Positions 41,001 to 53,600 of a DNA stretch of 64,000 nt are shown piece by piece. The notes beneath the pieces are model-generated. The model was not told where the DNA came from, searched no databases, and saw nothing but the letters and a program-made list of their open reading frames with translations. The stretch comes from Mytilus edulis (Eukaryota), in assembly GCF_963676685.1 (NCBI RefSeq), contig NC_092344.1, positions 31,558,001 to 31,622,000 of the forward strand, in the 5' to 3' direction. Made by a program: the position numbers and the translations under genes. Position 1 is the stretch's first letter, and the number at the start of each line of letters is the position of its first letter.

Positions 41001-44000
41001 GAATAAGTTCTTATCTAAAATATTTAACTAGATACTTACCACTGGTATCTTCAAACAAGAATAAAGAAAGGAACACATTTATAATTTTTTGGATTTCAAA
41101 AATGTATATAGAAAGTTTACGAGTTCACGATATAGTTCTTGAAAATGAATTCTACTTTTCCAATTAGAGATGATATAAATCTGTTGTAGAGTTGTCACTG
41201 GTTCGGACGTACTTATAAATATAATTATTTCTGTGACTGTATCTTGCATTAATTTGTAGGATCCTTTACTATAGATAATTCACCTGATCTGTAACAAAAC
41301 CATCTTCATGCCTTATATATAATGTACTGTATTACGATTAAAGCTGACGAGGAAAGGTAACACACGGCTACCGAAAGCTTTGGTTTTGAAGCCAGTGGTC
41401 TAGCCCGCCGGATACATTGCATGCAATTTGGTGTAACGATATCTCAGAAGCATGAGTTCGAATCCCGGCGAGGGAAGAACAAAAATTTGTGAAAGCAATT
41501 TTACAGATCTAACATCGTTTGGCTGATGATTAGACGAGTTAAATATATATATATATATATTCCGTCTCGATCCCTAACATCACTGAAGAGAGATTTATTG
41601 TCGAAATCCGGATCTGGTGTACAAAACAATATTGTCTCTTTATGTTTGTGGCATAACATCTTAGCCACTAGTTAATTGTTTTCTGTTTAGTATTAAAGTT
41701 ATATTAAGATCCATTTTGTTACATCTTGTGATCAATTTTATTTGACAATCGCCAATGGCAGTCAGCAGGGTTAAAGAACATCAGTTGTTCGACCTGTTAG
41801 TCAAATGCGTTTTGTTTTCAATTTAGACGTGTATAAACAAGTCTAAATTGAAAACTACGTTCAAACCTATGATTGCGTTAGGTTGGAACGTAGTTTTCAA
41901 TTAAGACTTGTATATATATATATATATATACATACATATATAAACAAGTTTAAATTGAAAACTACGTTCAAACTTAAGATTGCGTTGGATAAAAATCTCA
42001 ATTTGTATACGTGTGCATGTAAAACAAATTTCGTTGTAGAAGGGTCTAAATATATACAATCGATTTTTTAAACTTTGTGGACAAACTATCAATCTGCATG
42101 TTTCCCAAAGAACCTAAATAAATATCTATCTATGATCAATATTTGTAACTCGGATTTTTATTTGCAGTTAATGAAATAAGTGGCGAATACTGTTACTATG
42201 TCTACTATAACGTCTATGGATATTATTACTATAAATGTGAGACTGAAGTAAATGGGTATGTAACATTTTTGTTTTTCTTATCTAGTTCTCTCTTTTTCAT
42301 TGTTATGTGGCGTGATAAAACATGTTTGTGATATTTATCAATCATCTCACATGAGCTTTTTATTCCTAGATTATAAACAATAATTTTCGGCAGAGCTACA
42401 AAAATGTCATGTCAGGGAACGTGATTACAGGAGGTTAATACACACCTTATTTGTGTTATCAACTCCCCTTTACTATCAAACTAGATCACAGATTCAAACT
42501 TAAGTTTTAAAATTTATCTTTGGTATTATTGATATTTGAGAAACTTACCCCTATCTTCCAAATTTGGGAACTAAGTCGTTTTCAGAAAAATCAAAAGTCC
42601 TGCTACAGTTATCAAACCAGAACCTTGTAACTTTACAGAATGATTGCACATATGTTTCACTTGTTCATCATCAGGAATTGTTTGCGGAATATGTTCTCGA
42701 TTTTTTGAACTTTTATTTTTACCAAAATCGTTGAAACTTTACAGAAAGGTTTTAAAAACGATATTAAGAATCGAATAATATAAAAGCATTATGTTCTCAA
42801 AGCTTTTAGTTGTAACGAAATGAATATACAAATACATTATTAGGAAAATTGTACCTTAATAAGAGAAATGAATACCTTCTGCATTTTACTAGATCAACAA
42901 ACATATAATAAAAAAAAACATTCGTTTTCATTAGTATCTTTAGATATTGTTTGCTATCATTTTACAAAAGAGGGACATTCAAACTCATAAATCTAAAATA
43001 AATTTACAACGCCATGGCTATAAAAGAAATAGACAAACAGACAGACAACACTACAAAAACACAACTTAGAAAACTATAGACTTACCAACACGAACCTCAC
43101 CAAAAAATGAGAGTCTTCTCAGGTGCTCTCGAAGGGTAATCAGATCATGCTCCGCATGTGGTACCCGTCGTGTTGCTCATGTTAGTAAAAACCCGGTAAC
43201 ATGTCTAGTTTTCTAGGTCACATTCAAGAAAAGGTACGGAATTGTATTTAAGATGTTAGGATCAGAGCCGCTATGATAATGAAAAACGGTCAACACAACC
43301 ACGATGGTGTCTGTTAAATTTATGAAGGATTCACACTCGTTGTACTTATATCTCTTGATTTACACTTATTTTTTTCTAGTGGTGCGATAGCTGGTGCTGT
43401 AATCGGAGTTTTCTTCGGTATAGTATTTGTCTCTACCGTTATTGGTATGTGTAAGAAAAAGTGTGGGACAAGAGTTTCAACTATTCATCCAACACCTCAT
43501 CATGGTGGACCAACTGTTATCACACAACAGCAACAACAACACGGTAATCTTAATTCACAGAAAGTATCGGTGAATTTTCATCATTATGAAAAATTTGAAA
43601 ATGCATTACATTGGCAATGCATGCTCAAAGATTTACAAAATATATGTTACAGGTTGCAAACGCACGTTATTTTACTCTATATAACCAACTTCAAAAACAA
43701 AGCAAAAGTACAATATTGTTTACGATTTAACTGTTTTCGTATATAGTTTCTATAACGGCATATAGTTTAATACGTTTTGCATCCCTTGAAACAGGTTTCT
43801 ATTTTCAAAACATGAGCCACGTGTATATTATATCATAAAATATATTCAATAACGCCCAATTTGAATCGTTAAGTAATTGATTACAATGCACTATTGGAAT
43901 GTTTTTAAATGAAAATCAAATCAGATTACGATCTTGAAATAATATATTCAATTAACTGTTTAAAATTTTGAAACAATTGTTTACCGTTTGATATCGCCTA

Positions 44001-44566
44001 TCAAAATGAAATATGAATACGATTAACGAGTTAAAAAAACCAAGCACATAAGATATGTTTTATACTTTTTAATCTTAAATATTATTTATTTGCCTCTGAT
44101 TCTGCACTGACTTTAAATACTGGTTTTAGATTGGGCCCGTTTTGTTTCATTTCCTTAATACAACTGTGACCGATTGTAAAAGTTAAATTGACATATGTTC
44201 TCATCGTTCGAAGATCATTCTGCGTTAAAATGATAGATGATACATAAGTACTTATGAATGTGAAAGCTACGAATGAATGTATAGAACAAAACAAAAATCC
44301 TATTCAAAGAAAATTCCTTCTTTGTGTTCTACAAAACCTTTCAAGTACATACATTTTTTCTATGAAATAAACATTGAAGACAACAATAATGAGTAACAAT
44401 AAATCAGTAAGAAATGGACGTGTTTCGACATTACTTTGTTATTGCAGGTCCGTCACAGATGATGTATGGCCAGTATGGGCAATATCCACAACCAGGCGCT
44501 GTTATGTATGATCAACCACCAGCATATCCACCACCATCGCAACCAAATTATCCACCAAAATACTAA
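35092..44566 (+). CDS. CYYR1/Shisa-like single-pass membrane protein, paralog C; join(35092..35146, 42168..42255, 43380..43543, 44448..44566), 141 aa
   Basis: Protein: MDLIHRLLCSAFLNLVISVNEISG-EYCYYVYYNVYGYYYYKCETEVNG-GAIAGAVIGVFFGIVFVSTVIGMC-KKKCGTRV...QPPAYPPPSQPNYPPKY. Canonical splice sites, AATAAA at 44606. Confidence 0.9.
35389..35791 (+). mobile_element. non-LTR retrozyme: one 354-nt unit plus a ~50-nt terminal direct repeat
   Basis: TGRCGTATATRCAAAATTTAGTCCTGGTATCTATGATGAGT occurs at 35389 and 35743. The unit begins exactly at the hammerhead cleavage site and is absent from the paralogous intron position in gene B (about 27400). Confidence 0.8.
35705..35748 (+). ncRNA. minimal type I hammerhead ribozyme (intact core), predicted cleavage after C35742
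   Basis: GCGUCA CUGAUGA GUCU-UUUGU-AGAC GAAA CGCGCG UC UGGCGU: stem I, conserved core, stem II, palindromic stem III and a GUC triplet. Confidence 0.88.
37340..37570 (-). mobile_element. internally deleted retrozyme copy (half a hammerhead)
   Basis: GCCAGACGCGCGTTTCGTC is joined directly to retrozyme body sequence matching the reverse complement of about 35460-35640. Confidence 0.65.
37738..38317. mobile_element. 580-bp non-autonomous TIR element (Kolobok-type ends)
   Basis: AGGAGTAGGTCCGGTAAG..ACC / GGTCTTACTGAACCTACTCCT|TTAA, with an internal IR at 37969-37995 vs 38050-38076. The left TSD is imperfect. Confidence 0.65.
38984..39200. mobile_element. TA-flanked MITE rich in TTCGCG motifs
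   Basis: TA|CTGTAAACCAACTTATTTTCGCG ... CGCGAAAATAAGTTGGTTTACAG|TA. An empty paralogous site is present near 28080. Confidence 0.85.
41390..41490 (+). repeat. tRNA-derived SINE-like head (Pol III A/B boxes)
   Basis: AGTGGTCTAG (A-box-like) and GAGTTCGAATCCC (B box). No cloverleaf or acceptor stem is visible. Confidence 0.45.
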
Positions 44567-46546
44567 CAGTATTAGATATATATGCACTACAAGTTCTATA
44601 TTATGAATAAATCTTTATGTGATATTGCATTGACACTTATTAAACATATTCATTTATGATATATTCTCAATTTTATAACATGTGTAAGGCGTTGTTTACA
44701 CAAAATATAGCGTATTTAAAACTTGTTTACAATTAGCATGATTAGTTTCGTGTAAAAAAAACCCTGTTTAACATTAAATTTGTTCTCAACTGTATGCAGG
44801 CTTTATGATAGATAATATTATACTGTTTGGTACGTCGCCAATGATGAAAAAGTATCACCCAGGTTTTATCAATGGCACAACAGCACCGATTTTATCAGGT
44901 GTGCCCAGGATCATCTTAAAGGATTTATGACTTTTGAACAGCAATATACTATTGTTGCCTTTATTATCTTTGCATGTGAAGTGTTCTCAAGAGTAGTCTT
45001 GAAGTAACCGTATTTGAATATGCTTCAAGAAGAATTGAATTGAATCTTTCTCCGTAAACCTCTATATCAGGCAGACCAATTCATTTTTTTTGGGGAGGGG
45101 CAAAAAAACAAAACAATAGATGAATATTTGGTCCATTATTAAAACTATTCTGTGGATTTTATAGTAGTTTTAAAATTCTAAAGATGTTAAGATTGTTCAG
45201 GTATGCAAACATTAAAAAAAACAACAAGGAAAATTCAAAACAAAGAGCACTTTATAAAATTCCAAAATCAAAAGATAAAATACATCTAAATTTTCGGGCT
45301 CGATGAACAACATCACATTAAAAATAAGAAGGTGCTCTTCCGTTTGAAATAAGTTTTCAAAGGTTCAGACAAATTTCCAAACCAAATATTTGTAATTTTT
45401 TAAGGTTTTATACAGTATCTAAGTAATTTGTGGCAACGAAATCCGTGAAAACACAAAACGCCAATACAGACAATGGCATGAATAAAAAGTTGGTATATGT
45501 AAACAACGTAAGAAATCCCAAAGGGTAATTAATAACTGTTAAAACAAATTAACAAAAGGGACAGAAAAATCGTCCCTTTTGTCGTAAATACTTGCATAGA
45601 GTTTCTCGTGAAATATTTATTGTGGCTGGTTCTTTCTTAGATTTAGTCATTCAATCACACAATCGTACAAAGACGACAAATTAACATCTTTTAATAAAAT
45701 TTTGGATAATGAACAAAAGGAGACGTTATTAAATGAAAACGTGAGATTTGTATGAAGAAACTAATTCATGTATAAAATTGAGTTTTAAAACTGTTTCTAC
45801 TTTAAAAGCCTGGTTAGAGCGTGTTGCCTTTAGAATAAATAAATTGAGATCAAGCATATCTTGAATATGATAACCAATGACCATACTATACAAAGCAGTG
45901 TAATTAGTTTTAAAAAACGGGGTTTAGTTCGGGATAAATAAATTAGAATATAGCTGAGTGTTTTGAACTATTTTCAAACTGGCTACAAAACAAATATTTA
46001 TAATTGCATTTAATTAATTAATAAACTTCTTCAAAATAAGAGAATATTTTTATAATTTCATCTCTACTTTAGCCATGAAGCTACCTATAATGTTCACTAC
46101 AGCACCGGGGATGACCTAGAAAATTTTACACCCCTACAGCAATTAAGCCTATTTGGATATGGGCAGTGCTAAGATAAGAAACAGATTATTTTTAGTGAAT
46201 TGGCTTGTTGTGTAAATAGAAGCACATGTTCCTGACTGCATGCTGTGATAAGAGAAAATATGAAAAAACTATAAAACTTACACACAGATTTTATCTCATG
46301 AAAATCCAATTTATGTATATATACAAGATAGAATCACATACAATGTCACTGTATCCAATAAGAAATGTTTTATAATTGAGACAAAAATATAAAGTTGCAT
46401 CCCATGAATTGATATTTAGATAAATCAAAATATTTACTTCATAATAAAGATGATGAATGAATATTAATTTCTCTCAATTTTTTCTCTAATAAATGAATTT
46501 ATTTGCCTAACCCAAATACTTTGTCTGTAATTATAAGTTGGAGGTT

Positions 46547-48074
46547 TTAGTTCTTTTTGCCAATGTTACTTCTTGGGGCATTTCTACGGTTTGGGTTCCA
46601 GATCGATGTGAAATCGCGATCAACATTTTCATTCCAATGACAAACTGCCAACTGACTTCTAGCCATTACTAAAAGCAATTTTTTTTTATCTTGGAACATG
46701 TTCATAGTATTGTTAAAGCTCTCAACATAACATGTATCTTTGGCTAACACATAATCCTCAGGGTGGGTGTAAATTGTAGATTTCCGAATAACACCTAGGA
46801 GAAGTTTTTCAGCAATTGGTATTGAAATAATTATCCGCTTAGGTTCGTAATTTGTATCACGTTTACATCGTGAATCAGATGACACTTCTGGTGGTTGTTC
46901 TTATAATGTTCCACAATATTTAGTAATACATCCTTTAATTCCTTTGGATTTTCTTCACAGTTTCTAACAGCCCAATGAAAATGGGTGGCAACTGATTCCA
47001 CCTTGTCCTCTAGTTGAGCAGACCAGGACTTTTCTTTTAAATATTTTGGTCCCGCAGATACTCTTTTCATTGCAACTTTAACCTTTTTGATGGCATGCCA
47101 TGGATCGTTCTGATTTGTAATAATTCCTGTTTCTTTTACCAGCTTGTTAATACTCAAATTTCAAGTCATGAGAATGTACATTAACTTGAATGTCTTGCTC
47201 TTCCAAGTAATGGTAGATTCGTTGTGTTCCCAATTTTTCATGGCGCTGTGATACCGAATCATCAGATTTTGTAATATGTTCACATTTAAGAACTTTGTGG
47301 ATTTTTTTCTTTTATGGCAACAACACTGCTGTCTTTTGCATTTTTACGCCAGCCATGACGAGCATCTGTCATTATGTTAATTCCTGTCAATTCATCGTAC
47401 ATTCCAATTTCTTCTAGTACTGCTGACTCAATACTTTCATTGTATTGCTGTTCAATATGATTTTTATATCTTTGAAACATGTATTGCTGTTTTTGTTTGT
47501 TGATATGTCTTATTTTAGCAGCATTAGCAAATCTGTTGTAGTGCACTGGTAACATTCCGCTACAAATATATCCGTGAAATGTCCTCAAGTTTGCAAGGTA
47601 TTCACCGTTAGGTAAATAAGGAGACGATGACCATAACATGGAATGGTGTTTATCAGTGTCACAATTAAAACGCACTGCAGCTACATGTCCTTTTGGTGTC
47701 AACTTCTTTATACTGAAATGTCCATTGTGAATGGAAGAGTGGTTTTCTACAACTTTGATGATTTTCTGTAGTGATGTTTCAGCCGTTAGGAATAATTTTT
47801 GATCGACATCTTTTTCCTACACCTGGATGTAGGTATTTAAATATAATGTTGTCATATCAGACTTTGAGGACTGTCCATTATGGTCAAGAAGAAAATAGTC
47901 TAAGACCTCCTCTAAGATGTCAGCATTATTTACAGGGTGATTCAGTTGCTGTCCAAGTATAGTCCGAACTTTTTGTAACTTTGAAAGTACTAATTGCTTT
48001 TTACTGTCATCTCCAGGAACAGAAATTTTGAAGCAAGGTGGTCGTTTTGTTTCTTTTTCCATTTTCAATAGCAA
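46547..48074 (-). pseudogene. Kolobok-like DDE transposase, disrupted
   Basis: Four ORF pieces join across an in-frame TAG (47817-47819) and frameshifts near 47305, 47160 and 46880. Motifs TDARHGW, VHSHD, DPWH, TCYVESFNN and RSQLAVCHWNEN resemble Kolobok transposases (recognised from memory). Confidence 0.7.
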
Positions 48075-48834
48075 GTGAATAATACCAGAATACTAAAAGT
48101 AACTGATGCAAAATAATATTATACATCTAGAAGATTATCTACATGATCTAATTGTAAACAGTCGTAAAATTTGACCCAGTCTAGGACATTTTGGACCATT
48201 GCAGGGGTTTGTTTTATTTATATTTTTATCTACAAATCCTAAGTAATAATATTATGGATATAACAATTTAATAATTACATTATAGCAATTGACATTTTTT
48301 AAATATGGAATTATAGGGAGTGGGGACAGTAAGAATTAAATAAATTATGAAACATGCACTGTCCTTATTGATAGCCTCCCTCAATTTGAAAGGGGGTTCT
48401 AAAGGAGTACTGGACTTAATTTTCAAAGCATTAGAGACACAATGTTGTACAAAATTATGTTTGGTATGTTTTAAAAATAATCATTAGGTCAGTTTTTGTC
48501 CCGTATGTAAAATCTTCTCGTGTAAAACATAAAATATGAATGCAATCTCTCCTGTAGGTACCTTATTATAATATGAGGTGTGTAAAACACTGGGAATATG
48601 ATATCCAAGGTATTTGATGCTAAGATTTGGAGGGAAAAATATTGTTGTTTTATTGCTACAGTTTGATAAAAGGAAGTCGTGTAAATTAGATATAAAATAT
48701 AGACTTGACAAAATGGAGAAAATAGCACTTCTTGTCACTGAAGAACAAAAGGAAACTATTTACAGTTAATTGGATATTACAACTGGGATGTAAAGTTAGT
48801 AGATAGTAATAATGAGATTGCACAAGTTGCAACT

Positions 48835-49224
48835 ATGTCCACACAAACTAGTGACAATGTACAGGAGGAGATAGAAGATGGAATTGAAGAAAACCAATTC
48901 CGCATAGAACAAGACCAAGAATGTGAGGAATTCTCCTTTTGTTTTTGCAAACCTTGCATTACTAGTGAAAACACCAGACACATGTGGTGGGAAAGTGAAC
49001 CTCACGGGAGACATCAAAGAAATCATAGTTTGCGAAAAGAAAACTACAAATATTTCTGGACAATGATGTTTCACCGTGAAGCTTGGAAGGATGACAGATA
49101 TTTATTACGAAAACAAGCTGCTCTTGAAAGAGACCCTAAATTTAAAAATTACACATGGCATAAAAGAGATTTAATTTATAAAAGTGGCATTTGTTTGGGA
49201 TATAACATTTTTTTTAAACATTAG
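48835..49224 (+). pseudogene. divergently transcribed second ORF of the transposon (KolX/P2X7 C-terminal-like), apparently 3'-truncated
   Basis: CxxxxxCxCxPC, R..NYKYFW, W..RYL.RK and WHKRDL. The coding-like sequence stops at about 49173, where a P-x-C-V-type motif would be expected. It lies head-to-head with the transposase. Confidence 0.5.
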
Positions 49225-50640
49225 TTGGCACAACAGATTAAAAGACTATCTATATTCTGAAGCTTTGAAAGGATTATATAATTGAATGATTCCCTGCAAT
49301 TAGTAAGTAGATTTTCATTTCACAAATGCATGCATTAGATTATAGATAACAAAGCCACATGTAGCATGCTACTTCAGTTGTAAACATAAACAGAAAGTTG
49401 TTGTCTTGGATATCTCCTCCTACTTGTCAATCACAGGAATTTGAATTTGAAAAATAGCTGTGCTTCAGGATTTTTATTTAAAATATCTTTATTGTGAGTT
49501 ATTTTATTTTCTCACTTTTTGGTCTTAACTGACCATTATTTATGTTCTGACAACTGTACAAGTTTAAAAGTAAAGAAGATAGCAATTTTTGAATTAATTT
49601 TGAAAAATGCTTCTCAATTCTTAACCCTGCCCAATATTTGAATAAAATCATATTTTCATGAATTGTCTCCCTTTTATACCCTAACCCCGATCTAATGTAA
49701 ATTATATGAAGAGAGAGGGATCGGAGAGAGAAATGAATTATTCAACAAGAATATTAAGCCGATATATTATTGAACAGTAGTTTTAATAAGAATCCTTCAT
49801 CTTATATTAAACAATGAGTTAAAATCATATTTATGTAAACAATTATCTAATATCAAAACCAGACATGAAATTTAGGTTCACGAATGAATTTCTTTTTTCA
49901 AAGACGGCAATTTGTCGATAACAAATATTTCTTTTAGTGATTGATGATCGGGAACAGATTAACTGTCTAGAATGTTGCCAACATGAACCGGATCGTGACA
50001 TTTATAAACTATAATTGCTCAGAACGTGGAGTTCGTGAAACAATAAACGATAAAGATAGAGCCATGCTACGTTCCCATTTGTTAACAAAAATTTAACAGC
50101 TGTAAATTGATTTGATTGTTAAGAATCAATTATGTACTTCAGTGCACGATTGTTCAAATTCTTTCCTAAAGGTTTCACCCTTGCTGCGATATGCAGATGC
50201 GGGAGTTCTTACAAGAGGTCTCATAGTTAAGGTTATTGTATTCGGAAAATTACTAGCGAATTAGTTACAGATAGACAATGATTCAATAGCTGTAAATTTA
50301 TGAAAAATTTGATTTATCTGAAAGGTTTTCCTTAACAAGAAAGTTAATGTTCACGTGTTTTGAAGTAAAGCTCAGTAAAACGTATATAAAACATATTTGT
50401 TTCTAAATATGAAGTTTAATATGAATATAAAAGAATCACTTTATTTTATATCTTGACTGTTGTCTTTTCAATTTGTAAAATATACAAAAGAAAGAATAAT
50501 CAACCTTTGTTATACGTGATACTGTCTAAATCAATGTGATTTGAATAATAATATTTAAATTACAAAGTCTATTGTTCATTCCCATAATTATGGTACAATA
50601 ACAGTTTTGTCTCATTTATACGTCACTTGAGAAAATAGCC

Positions 50641-53600
50641 ATGGATCTTGTACGTCGTATTTTGTTCTCTTCACTTCTGAATTTAATAATAAGCGGTAAG
50701 TTTGATAAGCACATAAAGTACTGTACTGAGTTTCCCGCAGTAACTGGTAATTGGCTTTTCTGTCAGCGTCACCAAAATCAAGCACAGCGTAAAAAGAAAA
50801 GTAAACGTGTCATTACAAAAGCAAGGGTAAAAAATCAAATCAGAAGTAATAATTTTATTTATTATCACGTGACTCTTACTTTAAATTTTAATAAAGCATT
50901 ATGTCATACTTAACCCTCCTCTAGAAATAAATTTTAAGATATACTAGAACACATTAGTGGCTGAATTAAAGTACGTACACCTTGTAATATGAAAACGTCA
51001 TGTTGGTTATAAAAGAGGGACGAAAGATACCAAAGGGACAGTCAAACTCATAAATCTAAAACAAACTGAAAACGCCATGGCTAAAAATGAAAAAGACAAA
51101 CAGAAAAACAATAGTACACATGACACAACATAGAAAACTAGAGGAATAAACAACACGAACCCCACCAAAAACTAGGGGTGATCTCAGGTGCTCCGGAAGG
51201 GTAAGCAGATCCTGCTCCACATGTGGCACACGTCGTGTTGCTTATGTGATTACAAATCCGGTAAATAGTCTAATTCGGTAGGTCACATTCATGAAAGGGA
51301 AGGGGATTGTAGTTACGACGTACGGAACATATCCGATTTCCGATATCATTTGTGAAACATATATGGTGCGCACGTTCCTGTTTGAAGCCGTCTTGGTTTT
51401 CTTAATTACTACAACTGGTAACATATGTGACAATTACTATTGGTATCGATATCGTATTCGACCCAGAACTTATATATTGATTTTAATAGTGTGGATAGCA
51501 AAAAGGCCAAATGGTGTAACTTTTAATTAAAGTTGAATCCTCTGATTTATTTATTTCCCGTTTTTTAGGAAAGGGGATATCAAATTAGACTTTTTTATTA
51601 GTAGTAAAGATTCACGTTTGAACTTATGTTTATTTTTAAAGAGTTTGTGACAAGTTATCACAAACTCTTATTTTATATAGATAATGTTTGAAATCGTAAG
51701 GTTTGTAAACAGGTCTAACATGATTATTTCACAAAATTATACCGTATAGCGGGCTATTTTCGCGGTTGTAAAGATTCGCTATTTTCATTAAATAAACTTT
51801 TTAATTGGCGGTTAATATTCTGACGAATTCAAAACTTATATCAATACCTTTGCATGTGTCATTTTGAACTGACATAATTTATTTTTAGGATTTTGTTCTA
51901 TTCGCGAAAATAAGCGAAAACTTACATCCCGCGAAAATAACCCGTTTTACGGTAATAAATTATAGAGATAGGATTGATATTTCGTTTATCTGGTTAAATC
52001 ATAATATTTGCTACAAAATTATGCAAGAGATCATGTCGTACCCCTAATGTAAAAACGAAGACAAATACCGCAGTTAAAAAAGTCGAGAGTACACAAACAA
52101 CAGATGACGAACGACATTGATGGACAAGCCTTAGAAATATTTCAGAAATTTGTCTGTATCATTTTTTCTTATATGTCAAACATAATTTAAATTAACACTT
52201 ATCAGCTACTGCCAAAGGTACAGTAATACTGGTGTTTGTATAGTTTGTCCGTAAGATACCTTCCATCAAATTTGAATGTTCTTTTAAATAAACTCATTAT
52301 TTAATGTCAATAATTAAGTACGCATATAAGATCATGTAACATTATATTTATCTGTAAAATCATTGGGTGTTTTTTTGACAGTTAAATGTATATCTAGTCA
52401 TGCATTTGTATCAATGTATTGACAATTTTTGTCCTTAATTATGTCGAAATTCATACGTTGGCAGTGTACAGTATCGTGATTTTTCAGACTGTTTATGCTG
52501 AATTTAAAATCAGATATGTTCTTTGTAAACTGAAACTTTTGAGAGCGTGGTTTGTTTATCAAATGCATTTAGATTTGAAATAGCTATATCCATGGATATG
52601 ACAAAGAACATCCCGTCTTTTTATAATAAAAAGTTCACCAGAAGAGTACCAAGACCTTGTTAATAAATATTTTGTGTCACTTCACAAATAATACACGATG
52701 GTCACGAAATACAGATTTTAGGTATTACGTTATTTATCATCTTAATGATTTCAATATTAAAATATTTTTTTCTTTTTCTTTGTAGAGTATTACCGTAAAC
52801 GTTTTATTTTATTTTTGACCATATTCATTTGACGTAGCTCAATTCTCCTACATCCCGTCATTTAGTTTTTGTACCATAGTATTTTTTTGTATTCTTGTCG
52901 TTTAATTATCTTTGTTGATATGTTTGATTGTTTTATAGTGATGAGGATAATTACCTTATCATGTCTGTTTTTTTTGTGTTCACTGAACGTTATCAACATA
53001 ATAAATTTTTATGACTCTGTCGAGGATTTTCTACGTAAGAAAATACATATACCAAATTGTTATCCTTTCGTTTGTTTTTTTAGCTTTGAAATACTGTGGA
53101 TTAATTATTATTCGTTGGATACCAATTTTCGTGGATTCCGTGGGTATAAGAGAACCACGAAATTAAAGTTCAACGAATTCCAAATTTTATATAGGCTTGT
53201 ATACAGACCTTGTATGTCCGTTGCATGTCCGTTAAGCGTACGTTTTATCCGTCGGCGTCCGTTCTGTCCGGTGGAAAATTTTGATCATGTTCAAAACTTT
53301 GAACGGACGTCCAACGGATAAAATGTCCGTTGAACGTCCGTTAGGCGTCCGTTTTGTACGGAACTCGTCCATTTCGTTTCCGTTTTATAACCGTTACGAG
53401 TCCGTTAAACATCCGTTGGAGGTCTGGAAGATAAATTCACCAACGGACTTCTACCGGACGTTTAACGGATAAAACGGATGTTGAACGGATGAGAAACGGA
53501 CTTCTACCGGACTTATAACGGATAAAACGGATGATGAACGGATCTGAAACGGATAAATGCAAATTGAAAATTTCGCGTCAGAAATGCCAATTACTGGTAT

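Noticed and set aside
41390-41490. tRNA gene
   Set aside because: Only A/B boxes are present and no cloverleaf forms, so it is treated as SINE-like.
45300-50340. KolobokP-type long terminal direct repeats around the transposase
   Set aside because: I found no 450-660 bp direct repeats, no matching TTAA-bounded ends and no His-Me finger ORF by eye.
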